In this document: one piece after another, positions 10,596 through 20,808 of the stretch
Layout: each line of letters begins with the position of its first letter
Numbering within the stretch: the stretch's first letter is position 1
Source of the DNA: an uncultured Gemmatimonadales bacterium
GTDB taxonomy: Bacteria > Gemmatimonadota > Gemmatimonadetes > Longimicrobiales > Longimicrobiaceae
DNA: 64,000 bases
Direction: 5' to 3'
NCBI GenBank assembly: GCA_963716255.1
Contig: OY970303.1
Coordinates: 3,552,001 to 3,616,000, forward strand
Program-made: the position numbers and the translations under genes
The notes under the pieces: model-generated
The model's input: only the letters and a program-made list of their open reading frames with translations
Databases searched by the model: none
What the model was told of the DNA's origin: nothing

Positions 10596-11981
10596 CAGGT
10601 CGCTGAAAAACGGCAGCCTGGAGTGTGACGTGGAAAACTTCCACTCCAGAATCAGCGAAACGGGGCTTTTCCGGCGTATGGGGTGCCCGGTTTCCCGCCC
10701 GTGCAGCCATTTTCGGCGTGCACGGACGCACTGTGCCTCAGGCGAGGGCCTGCAAACCCGGCGCGAGGCGTGCCAGGCGCAGGAGGTTGTACGCGGCGCC
10801 CACGATCAGCGCCTTCTGCGTCAGCTTCCAGCGATCCACGTGGCGGCTCCGACGCATCCCGCCGATCTCCTTTGCCCAGCCGAAGATCTCCTCGATCCGC
10901 TTACGCTTGCGTTGCGAGAGGGCGTACTCCGGCGTACCCATCCGCTCTCGGGCTCGGCTGCGCGCTTCGGCTCCCTTGGCGTCCGGGTCGATCGGCCCCT
11001 CCGGGATCGGCACGTGCGCGCTCACACCGTCCTGATAGGCTGCCTGGAGGAACGGGCCACTGGGATAGCCCCCATCCAGCCCCACCGTGCGCTCCACCGG
11101 CAAGTCGTGCCGAATCCGGCTGCGCTCCAGCAGCAGGAGTGCCTGGTCGCGCTCGCCCGTCCCGTCGGCCTCCACCACGCTGACGTCGATGAGCAGCCCG
11201 TGCCGGTTCTCCATCAGCGCGTTCAGCAGATGGCACAGCCGCGCCGGCACTCCCTTGCTCTTGGTCGCCAGGCGCGCCTCGGGGTCCGTGAGCGAGCGGT
11301 GCGTCGCGTTGGTCCGCTTCTCTTTGCGGAAGTTCACCGAGGGATTGCTCGTGTCGCCGTCCTTCGAGCCGTCGCTGACCTTCTCGTCCGGGCTGCCGAT
11401 CTTGCGCAGGCTCTTCATCGAGGCATAGCTCTCGATCAGGCTGCCATCGATCGAGAAGTGCTCCTGGCTCGCCAGTTCCTCCAGGTACGCCCCCTCGATG
11501 ATCCGCTCGAAGAAGGTGCGCACCAGCCCGTGCTTCTCGAACCGATCCCGGTTCTGCGTGAACGTGGTCGCATCCCACACCCCCGCATGCGGCTCCAGGT
11601 CCAGGAACCACCGGTAAGCCAAGTTCACTCCGATCTGCTCCACCAGCATCCGCTCCGAACGGATCGAGTGCAGCGCCTGAAGCAGCAGCGCCTTCAGCAG
11701 CATCTCCGGCGGGATACTCGCCCGTCCCAGAGCCGCGTAGGCGCGGTCGAACTCCGGACTCATCCCGGCCAGCACCGCATCGGCTCGCGCCTTGACCGCC
11801 CGCAGCGGATGCGTAGGCGAGAGCAGGCTCTCCGGATCGTAGAACATCCACATCGCGTGCTGCTGGCTGACTCGTCCGCGCATCGTGGCTGCTCCCCGAG
11901 AGTGTGAGGACAGGTTTTCCCCAATCTACGACGCCACGCCCTCGCGCGCACGCGCGTGCGCACAAGCTTTTCAGCAACCTG
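10596..11981 (-). mobile_element. complete IS5-family insertion sequence, 1386 bp
   Basis: TIRs CAGGTCGCTGAAAA / CAGGTTGCTGAAAA; 4-bp target duplication CTAA at 10592-10595 and 11982-11985; encloses a DDE transposase. Confidence 0.92.
10738..11883 (-). CDS. IS5-family DDE transposase
   Basis: HPLR, GRASIPPEMLLKALLLQ...SIRSER (DUF772-like), IDGS, DGGY, RKRIEEIFGWAK. Confidence 0.92.
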   Translation of the reverse strand: MRGRVSQQHAMWMFYDPESLLSPTHPLRAVKARADAVLAGMSPEFDRAYAALGRASIPPEMLLKALLLQALHSIRSERMLVEQIGVNLAYRWFLDLEPHAGVWDATTFTQNRDRFEKHGLVRTFFERIIEGAYLEELASQEHFSIDGSLIESYASMKSLRKIGSPDEKVSDGSKDGDTSNPSVNFRKEKRTNATHRSLTDPEARLATKSKGVPARLCHLLNALMENRHGLLIDVSVVEADGTGERDQALLLLERSRIRHDLPVERTVGLDGGYPSGPFLQAAYQDGVSAHVPIPEGPIDPDAKGAEARSRARERMGTPEYALSQRKRKRIEEIFGWAKEIGGMRRSRHVDRWKLTQKALIVGAAYNLLRLARLAPGLQALA

Positions 11982-13298
11982 CTAATTCCCTCCCCGCCGC
12001 GCGGCGCCTCCGTCCACCGTCCACACCACCTCGCTCGCGGGCTCGCGGCCGCGGCGCACGGTGAAGCGGGCGGGGGCGCCGGTGGCGAGCGCCGCGCGGC
12101 CCCGGGGATCGGCGGCCAGCATCTCCGGCGCGGGGTGCAGGAACAGGCCGCGGGCGTCCAGCGTGTCGCGGGCGGCGAGCTCCGCCAGGTCGCCCACGTC
12201 CACCACGCGGCCGCCGGTGCGGGCGGGAGCGTCCGCGTAGTCCACGGCCAGGTCGGCGCGGAAGGAGCCGGCGCCGGGGAGCACCAGGACCCCGCCGCGC
12301 ACCAGCAGGTCGCCCACCTGCTCGCCGTTCGCGGGGAGCGTCTCGTAGGCGGCCGGGTCGGCGGCGGCGTACGAGCCCGTGGCGATGGCGTCCAGCGCGG
12401 CGAGCAGCGCCACGAAGTTTACGCGGCGCAGGTACTGCTTTTCCGGGTCGTCGCGCCAGCCGCCGGACTCGATCAGCACCGTGCTCGTCCCCCAGCGCTG
12501 CATCCCGTCGCCGAAGGCGCGCGGGCTATAGCTGTCGTCGTAGCGGGTGACGTGGCCCCCCACCAGCGGCTCCACCGCGCCCCGCACCACGGCGGCGACC
12601 CGCCTGGCCCGCGCGCGGACCTCGTTGTCCGAGCCCGCCTCGTCGAAGGCCGGGGCGAGCAGGGCAATGGCGGCCAGGCGGTCGCTGGAGCCCACCCGCG
12701 CGCGCACGTCCTGGTCGTGCAGGTTGAAGCCGAAGTCCGGGCGGAAGGCGCGCTGCAGCTCGCGCAGGGCGCGGCCCTCCGGGGTGGCCAGGGCGCGGGC
12801 GTCGCGGTTGACGTCGATCCCCATGGCGTTGCGGCGCTGGAAGCGCTCCGCGCCGTCCGGGTTCAGCATGGGGACGGCGACCACCGTGAGGCGGTCGGCG
12901 AGCCGCCGCGCCAGCGGATGCCCCGGGGACTCGGCCAGGAAGCGGAGCACGTCCGCCAGCGCCATGGTGGCGGTGGACTCGTTGCCGTGCATCTGCGACC
13001 AGAGCAGCACCCGCGTGGGCCCGCGCCCGTAGCGCACGGCGTACAGCGGGCGCCCTTCCACCGAGCGCCCCACCTCCTCCCGCCGCATCCCCGCCGCCCC
13101 GTCCACCCGCGGCCCCAGCGCGTCCCACAGCTCGCGGTGGGTGAAGCGCCTCGCCGCGATCGCCTCCACCCGGAAGCGCCCGTGCAGCGCCGCCAGCTCG
13201 GCGGCGAGGCGCGCGGGGTCGGTGGCGGCGTTCGCCTGCGCGCCCGCGGACGCGCAGCCCGCGAGGACGAGGACCAGGGGAAGCAGGGCGCGTCGCAT
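11982..13298 (-). CDS. M14 zinc carboxypeptidase-family lipoprotein
   Basis: LAGC lipobox; HGNE, NPDG, DVNRD, NLHDQ and LIESG motifs. Confidence 0.85.
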   Translation of the reverse strand: MRRALLPLVLVLAGCASAGAQANAATDPARLAAELAALHGRFRVEAIAARRFTHRELWDALGPRVDGAAGMRREEVGRSVEGRPLYAVRYGRGPTRVLLWSQMHGNESTATMALADVLRFLAESPGHPLARRLADRLTVVAVPMLNPDGAERFQRRNAMGIDVNRDARALATPEGRALRELQRAFRPDFGFNLHDQDVRARVGSSDRLAAIALLAPAFDEAGSDNEVRARARRVAAVVRGAVEPLVGGHVTRYDDSYSPRAFGDGMQRWGTSTVLIESGGWRDDPEKQYLRRVNFVALLAALDAIATGSYAAADPAAYETLPANGEQVGDLLVRGGVLVLPGAGSFRADLAVDYADAPARTGGRVVDVGDLAELAARDTLDARGLFLHPAPEMLAADPRGRAALATGAPARFTVRRGREPASEVVWTVDGGAARRGGN

Positions 13299-13458
13299 GG
13301 GCGTTCCGGGCGCGGCGATGGGGGGTGCGGGGGAGGCCCGCATGATGGGGGATCGGCGGGCGGCGGGCAAGGACGCGCCGCGGCGGTACACGGGTTGCGC
13401 GGGAGGCTGCCAGGCGGGATGGTCCCGCACACGTAGCACGCGACCCGCGAGGAAGCCG

Positions 13459-13797
13459 ATGAGGGAGCTCAGGACGCAGGACGAGGCGGACGCCGCTTTC
13501 GGCGAGGAGGTGGCGCTCGTGTACAAGCACAGCACGCGCTGCCCCATCAGCCTGATGGCGCAGCAGGAGGTGGAGCGCTTCGCGGAGGCGCACCCGGAGG
13601 TGCCGGTGTACCTCGTGGACGTGATCTTCGGCCGGCCGCTGTCGCTGTACCTGGCGCAGCGCACCGGCATCGTGCACCAGTCGCCGCAGGCGATCCTGCT
13701 GCGCGGCGGGGAGCCGGCGTGGAGCGCCTCGCACATGGGGATCACCGCGGACACGCTGGCGGACAGCCTCGGCGCCGCGAGACGCCAGCCGGGGTGA
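13459..13797 (+). CDS. ytxJ: YtxJ-family monothiol thioredoxin-like protein
   Basis: YKHSTRCPIS and HQSPQAIL motifs. Confidence 0.85.
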   Translation: MRELRTQDEADAAFGEEVALVYKHSTRCPISLMAQQEVERFAEAHPEVPVYLVDVIFGRPLSLYLAQRTGIVHQSPQAILLRGGEPAWSASHMGITADTLADSLGAARRQPG

Positions 13798-13827
13798 GCG
13801 AGGGCTTCACGGAGCCCGGGCCCCACC

Positions 13828-14048
13828 GGCCCTCACCCGGCTCGCTTGAGGCTCGCCACCCTCTCCCAATCCTGGGAGAGGGGGCAACTGCTGGATCCTG
13901 AGAACGGGCAAGCAGTTGCGTGAGGGATTGCGGCCCGAAGGGGCGAGACCCCGCGGGCAGTTTCGCGGGGGCTCGACTCCGTTAAGCACGGTAGTATCGT
14001 GCTTTACGGAGCCGAAGCCCGACCCCGGCGCCAGCCGGGGGCACGCCC
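13828..14048 (-). repeat. composite repeat; family-A copy 3 at 13918-14048
   Basis: Reverse complement of the 10314-10532 composite. Confidence 0.9.
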
Positions 14049-14072
14049 GACTCCTGCTCTTGAAGCCCTTCC

Positions 14073-16142
14073 TTACGCCCCCGCCGCCACCTCCCCCGCC
14101 GCGCCCTCGGGGTGCCCGGTCTTCCCGACTCCCAGGTTCCGCCGCAGCAGCGCCGCCGGGTCGGGGTCGCGCCCCATGAACTCGCGGAACAGCTCGCCCG
14201 GGTCCGCCGCGTCGCCGCGCGACAGGATGGCCTCCACGAAGGCGCGGCCCGTCTCGCGGTTGAAGAGCCCTTCGCGCTGGAAGCGCGAAAAGGCGTCCGC
14301 GTCCAGCACCTCCGCCCACATGTAGCTGTAGTACGCCGCCGAGTAGCCGCCGGAGAAGATGTGCGTGAACCCGGTGACGAAGTGGTTGCGCGCGAACTCC
14401 GGGCGCACCGAGAAGCGCCCCATCACCTCCTGCGAGAAGGCGATGACGTCGCCGTCGCGCGCGGGGTCGTAGCGGGCGTGCAGCGCCAGGTCCAGCGTGC
14501 CGTAGCTCAGCTGCCGCATCTGGAAGGAGGCGCCCATGTGGTTGCGCGCCGCCAGCATCTTGCGGTGCAGCTCCTCCGGGATGGCCTCCCCCGTCTGCCA
14601 GTGGCGCGCGAAAAGGTCCAGCGCCTCGCGCTCCCAGGTCCAGTTCTCCATGATCTGCGAGGGAAGCTCCACCCAGTCGCGCGACACCTGCGTCCCCCCC
14701 CGGCCGAACACCTCCACCCGCGAAAGCACGTGGTGGAGCAGGTGCCCGAACTCGTGGAAGACCGTCTGCGCCTCGCGGTGGGTGAGCAGCGCCGGCCGCT
14801 CGCCGTCCGGCGGCGACACGTTGCCGGTGAGCGACGCCAGGTGCGGGATCCACCCCCCGTCCCCGGCGGGGCCGCCGGTCACCAGCCCGCTCATCCAGGC
14901 GCCGGAGCGCTTGGTCTCGCGCGGGAACCAGTCGGCGTAGAAGCCGCCCAGCCGGCTCCCCTGCTCGTCGTGCACGTCGTAGAAGCGCACCTCGGGGTGC
15001 CACACCTCGGCCACGGCGCGCTCCGTCACCCGCACCCCGAAGAGGCGGCGCGCCACCTCGAACAGGCCGCGCTGCACTCCCTCCAGCGGGAAGTAGGGGC
15101 GCAGCTCCTCCTCGTCCAGGTCGTAGCGGGCGCGGCGCAGGCGCTCCGCCGCGAAGGAGGTGTCCCAGGGCTGCAGCTCGTCGATCCCCAGCTCCTCGCG
15201 CGCGTACTCCGCCAGCGCCGCCATCTCCTGCCGCCAGTAGGGACGGGTGCGCTCCGTCAGGTCCTCCTCGAAGCCGATGGCCCGCTCCCCCGTCCGCGCC
15301 ATGCTCTCTTCCAGGCGGAAGTCCGCGTAGTCGCGGTAGCCCAGGATCCCCGCCAGCTCGCTGCGCAGCTCCAGCAGCCGCGCCACCAGCGGGCGGTTGT
15401 CGTGCGGCGCTTCGCAGGCGCGGTTGTGGTACGCCGTGTACATCTGCCTGCGCAGCTCGCGGTTCTCCGCGTACTCCATGAACGGCTGGTACGAGGGCAC
15501 GTGCAGGGTGAAGCGCCACCCCTCGCCGCCGCGCGCCTCCGCCGCGGCGCGCGCCTGCGCCACGGCCGAGGGGGGGAGCCCCCGCAGGTCGTCGGGGTCG
15601 GTCACCCGCAGCTCGAAGGCGTTGGTGGAGTCCAGCACGTGGTTGGAGAACTGCGTCTGCAGGCGCGACACCTCCACCTTGATCTCCTCCACCCGCGCCT
15701 TGGCCTCCGGGGGGAGGTCGGCGCCGGCGCGGACGAACTCGCGCACGCTCTTTTCCAGGTGGCGGCGGCGCACCCCGGTGAGCGTCCGCGCCTCGGGCGA
15801 CTCCGCCAGCGCGCGGATGGCGCTCCACACCCCGTCGTTCAGCGGCAGGCGGGCGAAGAAGGCGGAGATCTCGGGGAGCACCGTCTCGTACGCCTCGCGC
15901 AGCTCCGGCGTATTCATCACCGACACCAGGTGCGTGACCGGGTTGGTGACCCGGTCCAGCCGCTCCTCCAGCTCGTCCAGCCGCCGCAGGGTGTTGTCCC
16001 AGCCGCGCGGCCCCGGCTCCGCGGCGATGGCCTCCAGCTCGCGCTCGGCGTCGGCGAGCGCCTGCCGGACCGCGGGGACCACGTGCTCCGGCCGGATCCG
16101 GTCGAAGGGGATGAGGAAGTCGTAGTCGAGGAGAGGATTCAT
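14073..16142 (-). CDS. prlC: M3 family oligopeptidase A
   Basis: MNPLL start, KRSGAWM, FHEFGHLLH (HExxH), WVELPSQIMENW, YSAAYYSYMWAEVLDAD. Confidence 0.92.
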   Translation of the reverse strand: MNPLLDYDFLIPFDRIRPEHVVPAVRQALADAERELEAIAAEPGPRGWDNTLRRLDELEERLDRVTNPVTHLVSVMNTPELREAYETVLPEISAFFARLPLNDGVWSAIRALAESPEARTLTGVRRRHLEKSVREFVRAGADLPPEAKARVEEIKVEVSRLQTQFSNHVLDSTNAFELRVTDPDDLRGLPPSAVAQARAAAEARGGEGWRFTLHVPSYQPFMEYAENRELRRQMYTAYHNRACEAPHDNRPLVARLLELRSELAGILGYRDYADFRLEESMARTGERAIGFEEDLTERTRPYWRQEMAALAEYAREELGIDELQPWDTSFAAERLRRARYDLDEEELRPYFPLEGVQRGLFEVARRLFGVRVTERAVAEVWHPEVRFYDVHDEQGSRLGGFYADWFPRETKRSGAWMSGLVTGGPAGDGGWIPHLASLTGNVSPPDGERPALLTHREAQTVFHEFGHLLHHVLSRVEVFGRGGTQVSRDWVELPSQIMENWTWEREALDLFARHWQTGEAIPEELHRKMLAARNHMGASFQMRQLSYGTLDLALHARYDPARDGDVIAFSQEVMGRFSVRPEFARNHFVTGFTHIFSGGYSAAYYSYMWAEVLDADAFSRFQREGLFNRETGRAFVEAILSRGDAADPGELFREFMGRDPDPAALLRRNLGVGKTGHPEGAAGEVAAGA

Positions 16143-16340
16143 CTGGGTCTGCCCGTCCCGGGAAGTCTTCCGCGCCGGCCCGTCCGGACCGCGGCGCCGC
16201 ACCTGTACTCCGCACCCCCCGGCCAGGGTCCGGGGGCGGTCATCCCGCCGGAGTCAGGAAGCGTGCCCGGGCGGTACGATCCGTGCCTCCCCGCCGCGGA
16301 GCAAGGGGAAAGCTACCGAACCCGGGGCGGAGGCGCACGC

Positions 16341-17186
16341 TTGATCATCGACTGCCACACCCACCTGAACCGCTACGAGCCGTCCGAGCCCGCGTCGCCG
16401 GCGGAGCGCCGCGCGCTGCTGCGCGGGGAGATGGACCGCCACGGCATCGACTTCGCCCTGGTGCTCACCTCGTACCTGGTGAACGAGGACCGCCCCGGCA
16501 CCGCCGAGGTGCTGGAGCTGCTGGACGGCGACCCGCGCTTCGGGGTGGTGGCGGGGGTCCCCTGGCCGCAGGTGGAGGCGGGCGACTTCGCGGAGCTGCG
16601 GGAACTGCTGGCGGCGGGGCGCCTGCGGGGGCTCAAGCTGTACCCGGGGTACGCGCCCTTCGCCCTCTCGGACCCGCGCATGCGGCCGGTGTACGAGCTG
16701 GCGGCCGCGTCCGGGGTGCCGGTGATGATCCACACCGGCGACACCTTCGCCCGGCAGGCCAAGGTCAAGTACGCCCACCCGCTCCAGGTGGACGAGGTCG
16801 CGGTGGAGTTCCCCGAGACCACCTTCGTGCTCTGCCACCTGGGGAACCCCTGGTTCATGGACGCGGCCGAGGTGGTCTACAAGAACGAGAACGTGCTGGC
16901 CGACGTGTCCGGCCTCACCCTGGGCGAGTGGGAGCCGCGCTTCGAAAAGGTGGCGCGCGCGCGGCTGGACGAGGCCGTGGCCTACGTCAACGACCCCACC
17001 AAGTTCCTCTTCGGCACCGACTGGCCCATCTCCGCCATGGGCGGCTACCTGCGCTTCGTGGCGACGCTGGAGCTCACGCCGGACGAGCGCGAGGGGCTCA
17101 TGTGGCGCAACGCCGCGCGCGTCTTCCGGCTGGACACGAGCGCGTTCGGCGCCGGCGGCAAGGGGGCGGATGCCGCTGCCCCCTGA
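16341..17186 (+). CDS. amidohydrolase_2 family protein
   Basis: TTG start; IIDCHTH, GLKLYP, IHTG, CHLGNP, FGTDWP. Confidence 0.85.
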   Translation: MIIDCHTHLNRYEPSEPASPAERRALLRGEMDRHGIDFALVLTSYLVNEDRPGTAEVLELLDGDPRFGVVAGVPWPQVEAGDFAELRELLAAGRLRGLKLYPGYAPFALSDPRMRPVYELAAASGVPVMIHTGDTFARQAKVKYAHPLQVDEVAVEFPETTFVLCHLGNPWFMDAAEVVYKNENVLADVSGLTLGEWEPRFEKVARARLDEAVAYVNDPTKFLFGTDWPISAMGGYLRFVATLELTPDEREGLMWRNAARVFRLDTSAFGAGGKGADAAAP

Positions 17187-17880
17187 CCTGCGCGCGGTGG
17201 AGGTGGACGACGAGCGCACCCCGCTCGCCCGCGCGACGCTGGAGCTGATCCACGAGGCCATCGGCGACGTGCAGCCCACCGCCGACCTGCTCACCGAGCT
17301 GGAGGAGCACCGGCGCGGGCTCCCCTCCGGCGGGTGCTACCACCTGCTGGCGCTGCTGAACCCCGAGGGCGAGCCGGTGGCCGCGGCGGCCGGAGTGTAC
17401 ATCGAGGCTTCGAACGCCGGCTTCGTCACCTACCTGGCCGTGCGCGCCGACCAGCGGCGGCGGCGCCTGGGGCGCAAGCTGCGCGACTACCTGATCGAGG
17501 CGTTCCGGGCCGAGGCGCTGCGGGTCCGCGGCGAGCGGCTGGCGTTCACCGTGGGCGAGGTGCGGCACGCCAGCCCCTGGCTGCGCACGCTGGTGCGTGA
17601 GGGGCAGGTGATCCCCTTCGACTTCGGCTACTTCCACCCCTGGATGCCGCTGCGGTCCGAGGGGCGCTACGTCCTGTACCGCGAGCCGGACGGCGACGCG
17701 CGCCGCACGCTTCCCGCGGACGAGGTGCTGCGGCTGGTGTACGGCATCTGGCGGCGGGCGTACCGGATCCGGTATCCCACGCAGAGCGAGACGTTCTGCT
17801 ACATGCTGCGGCAGCTGGAGGCGCAGGGCACGGTGGGCTTCCACGTAGACTTCGCGGAGCTGGCGGGTGGAGCGGGGTAA
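17170..17880 (+). CDS. GNAT-like acetyltransferase
   Basis: YLAVRADQRRRRLGRKL acetyl-CoA-binding-like motif; overlaps the upstream gene. Confidence 0.65.
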   Translation: MPLPPDLRAVEVDDERTPLARATLELIHEAIGDVQPTADLLTELEEHRRGLPSGGCYHLLALLNPEGEPVAAAAGVYIEASNAGFVTYLAVRADQRRRRLGRKLRDYLIEAFRAEALRVRGERLAFTVGEVRHASPWLRTLVREGQVIPFDFGYFHPWMPLRSEGRYVLYREPDGDARRTLPADEVLRLVYGIWRRAYRIRYPTQSETFCYMLRQLEAQGTVGFHVDFAELAGGAG

Positions 17881-17906
17881 CGGTTGACGGCTTCTTACGG
17901 CAGGTT

Positions 17907-18035
17907 GGGCGTGCCCCCGGCTGGCGCCGGGGTCGGGCTTCGGCTCCGTAGAGCACGAAACAACCGTGCTCAACGGAGTCGAGCCCCCGCAAACTGCCGC
18001 GGGGTCTCGCCCCTTCGGGCCGAAATCCCTCACGC
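17907..18035 (+). repeat. family-A structured repeat, copy 4
   Basis: Full-length match to the consensus. Confidence 0.95.
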
Positions 18036-18061
18036 AGCTCCGCGCCGGCGTCCGCTGGGGG

Positions 18062-18298
18062 CCCCCACCCGGCTCGCTTGAGGCTCGCCACCCTCCCCCG
18101 TTCCGGGGGAGGGGAATTTCCACGCTGCGATCCCCGCCCTCGTCGTGTCGTGCTCCCCCTCTCCCCTCGTGGGAGAGGGGCCGGGGGGTGAGGGGTGCCG
18201 TCGCCATGCTCCCCTCCCCCTTGCGGGGAGGGGTCGGGGGAGGGGGTCCGCCGTCGCAGGCTATTCCCTATTCCCTATTCCCTATTCCCTGTTCCCTG
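18062..18298. repeat. cluster of CCCTC(T/C)CCC..GGG(A/G)GAGGG REP-like palindromes plus a CCCT(A/G)TT heptamer tandem
   Basis: Three palindromes (18062-18113, 18154-18195, 18210-18246) and (CTATTCC)n at ~18261-18298. Related palindromes occur at 5188-5232, 10475-10570 and 13830-13883, with a partial copy at 50521-50547. Confidence 0.8.
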
Positions 18299-18968
18299 CT
18301 TTCCCGATCGTCCGCACCCCGATGGTCGTCCCCTGCATGCAGGTGGAGATCTCCGCCACCGTGCCCACCACCGTCACCCGGTCGCCCGGCTTGAAGCCGC
18401 CGGTGTCCCCGGCCAGGGTGTAGAGCCGGCCGTCGTCGCCGCGCAGGGCGGGGCATTCCACGCCCTCGTCCGTCAGGCGGCCGGTCACGCGCACCTCGCC
18501 CGCGCCGGCCGCCGTGCCGCCCGCCGTGTCCGTGTCCATGTTTCCTCCCGCGGTGGTGTCGGCCGGGGCGCGCGAGCCTGAGGCCGGCGCGGTGACCCGG
18601 AAGGTATCGGAGGCCAGCTCCAGCAGCGCGGGCGCATACTGCGCCACGAACACGTAGGGGCGGCCGGGGACGGCGTCGTCCGGCACCCGCACGGCCGCGG
18701 CGCTGCTCCCGTCGCCCCCCGTCGCCGTGCGCGAGAGCAGGCGGTGCTCCGTCCGGGTGGGGCCGAAGCCCACGTCCACCGCGACGTCCGGCGGAAAGCC
18801 GGTGATGCGTACCTTCACGTCGGTTCCCGGCGGGCCCGCCAGCGGCTCCACGACCACCGTGGGGCGGGCGTCGTCCCGCTCCCCGCCGCCCTCCGGGGGC
18901 GAACAGGCGGCTGCATGGACGGCGGCGGCGAGGACGAGCAGCGCGGCGGCGAAGGATCGGGCTGGCAT
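18282..18968 (-). CDS. putative lipoprotein, Ig-like domain plus C-terminal OB-like (DUF5818-like) domain
   Basis: Signal peptide ending AAAC; C-terminal GRLTDEGVECPALRGDDGRLYTL...STCMQG. Confidence 0.65.
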   Translation of the reverse strand: MPARSFAAALLVLAAAVHAAACSPPEGGGERDDARPTVVVEPLAGPPGTDVKVRITGFPPDVAVDVGFGPTRTEHRLLSRTATGGDGSSAAAVRVPDDAVPGRPYVFVAQYAPALLELASDTFRVTAPASGSRAPADTTAGGNMDTDTAGGTAAGAGEVRVTGRLTDEGVECPALRGDDGRLYTLAGDTGGFKPGDRVTVVGTVAEISTCMQGTTIGVRTIGKAGNRE

Positions 18969-19248
18969 CGGGCATTCTCCTGGACGGGTCCGGACCACGG
19001 GCGAGGCAGGCAACCCGCGTGCCTCCGCCGTATTCTGCAAGGGCGCGCGCCGCCCTCCGGCGGAGCGGCGGGCGTGTCGGGATGGGCGCAAGCCGAAGCA
19101 TGGGAATGGATTGGGTGCGCGCGGCGGACCCGGGTGGCGGCGCGGCGCGCTCCTTCCATACCGGGGTCGTGGAAGTGTCTCCGGAAGCGCCCGCGCGGCG
19201 CCGCCGGCCCCGCGCCGCCCCTCCCCTCCCCCCCCACGCGCTCCCGGA

Positions 19249-20808
19249 ATGCCAGGCCTACTGCCCCTTCCGCAGCCGGCGCCGTCCCCCGCCCCGGGCA
19301 CGGCGGAGCTGTACCGCCTGCTGGTGGAGAACGTCACCGACTACGCCATCGTCATGCTGGACCCGGAGGGCCGGGTGTCCAGCTGGAACGAGGGCGCGGA
19401 GCGGATCCTGGGCTTCCGCGAGGCCGAGGCGCTGGGGGCGCACGCCTCCATGTTCTACCTCCCCGAGGACGCCCTCGCCGGCAAGCCCCAGTGGGACCTC
19501 GCCACCGCCGTGCGGCAGGGACGCCACGAGGCCCTGGGCTGGCGCGTGCGCCGCGACGGCACCCGGCTGTGGGCGTCCGTGGTGCTCACCGCCGTCACCG
19601 ACGAGCGGGGGCGGCTGGTGGGGATCGGGCAGATCACCCGCGACCTCACCGAGCGCAAGCAGGTGGCCCAGCAGTACGAGGAGAGCCGCCAGCGGCTGCG
19701 CTCCCTCTTCCAGTACAACCCCGCCGCCGTCTGCGCCTTCGACCGCGACGGCCGCCTCGCCAGCGCCAACCCCGCCGCCGAGGCCATGTGCGGCCACGCC
19801 GAGGACGAGCTGCTGCGCGCCTCCTTCCGCGGGATGATCGCGCCCGAGGACGCCGAGCGCGCCGTGGAGTGCTTCCGCCGCGCGCTGGCCGGCGAGGCCC
19901 GGCAGATGGAGGTGGAGATCGTCCACCGCGAGGGGCACCGCGTGCAGGCGGCCGCCACCGTGTTCCCCATCGTGGTGGAGGAGGAGATCCTGGGCGTGTA
20001 CGCCATCGCCCAGGACATCACCGGCCGCAAGCGCGCCGAGGCCGAGCGCGAGGTGCTGCTCGCCGCCGAGCGCGCCGCCCGCGCCGAGGCCGAGGCCGCC
20101 AGCCGCGCCAAGAGCGACTTCCTGGCGGTGATGGGCCACGAGCTGCGCACCCCGCTCAACGTCATCACCGGCTACGCCGACCTCCTCTTCGACGGCGACG
20201 CCGGCCCCGTCACCCCCGTGCAGCACCGCCACCTGGGGCGGCTGCGCGACACCACGCGCCAGCTCACCGGGATGATCGAGCAGGTGCTGGCCTTCGCGCG
20301 CATGGAGTCCGGCCGCGAGGAGCTGGTGCCGGAGCCCACAGACCTGGCCGCGCTGCTGCGCGACGCAGCCTGCGCCGCCGAGATGGCCGCGAGCGAGCGG
20401 GGGCTCGACTTCGCGGCGGAGCTGCCGGCGGGCGCCTGGACCCGGGAGCTGGACGGCGTCAAGGCGCGGCAGGTGATCGCCAGCCTGCTGTCCAACGCCG
20501 TCAAGTTCACCGAGCGGGGCGGGGTGCGCATGTCCGCCGCGCCCCTGCCGGACGGGTCCGTCCGGGTCACCGTGAGCGACACCGGCGTCGGCATCCTCCC
20601 CGAGCACCTGGAACGCATCTGGGAGCCCTTCTGGCAGGCCGAGGCGCCGCTCACGCGCCGCAGGGACGGCGTGGGGCTGGGGCTGGGGATCGCCCGCCGG
20701 CTGGCCGCGCTCCTGGGATGGGAGCTGCGGGTGGACAGCACCCACGGCATCGGCAGCACCTTCACCCTGCTCCTCCCTCCCCCCGCCGCCCCGCCGGAGG
20801 CCCGGTGA
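19249..20808 (+). CDS. two-PAS sensor histidine kinase
   Basis: Two PAS/PAC domains, HELRTPL, NAVKFT, DTGVGI, GVGLGL. Confidence 0.92.
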   Translation: MPGLLPLPQPAPSPAPGTAELYRLLVENVTDYAIVMLDPEGRVSSWNEGAERILGFREAEALGAHASMFYLPEDALAGKPQWDLATAVRQGRHEALGWRVRRDGTRLWASVVLTAVTDERGRLVGIGQITRDLTERKQVAQQYEESRQRLRSLFQYNPAAVCAFDRDGRLASANPAAEAMCGHAEDELLRASFRGMIAPEDAERAVECFRRALAGEARQMEVEIVHREGHRVQAAATVFPIVVEEEILGVYAIAQDITGRKRAEAEREVLLAAERAARAEAEAASRAKSDFLAVMGHELRTPLNVITGYADLLFDGDAGPVTPVQHRHLGRLRDTTRQLTGMIEQVLAFARMESGREELVPEPTDLAALLRDAACAAEMAASERGLDFAAELPAGAWTRELDGVKARQVIASLLSNAVKFTERGGVRMSAAPLPDGSVRVTVSDTGVGILPEHLERIWEPFWQAEAPLTRRRDGVGLGLGIARRLAALLGWELRVDSTHGIGSTFTLLLPPPAAPPEAR

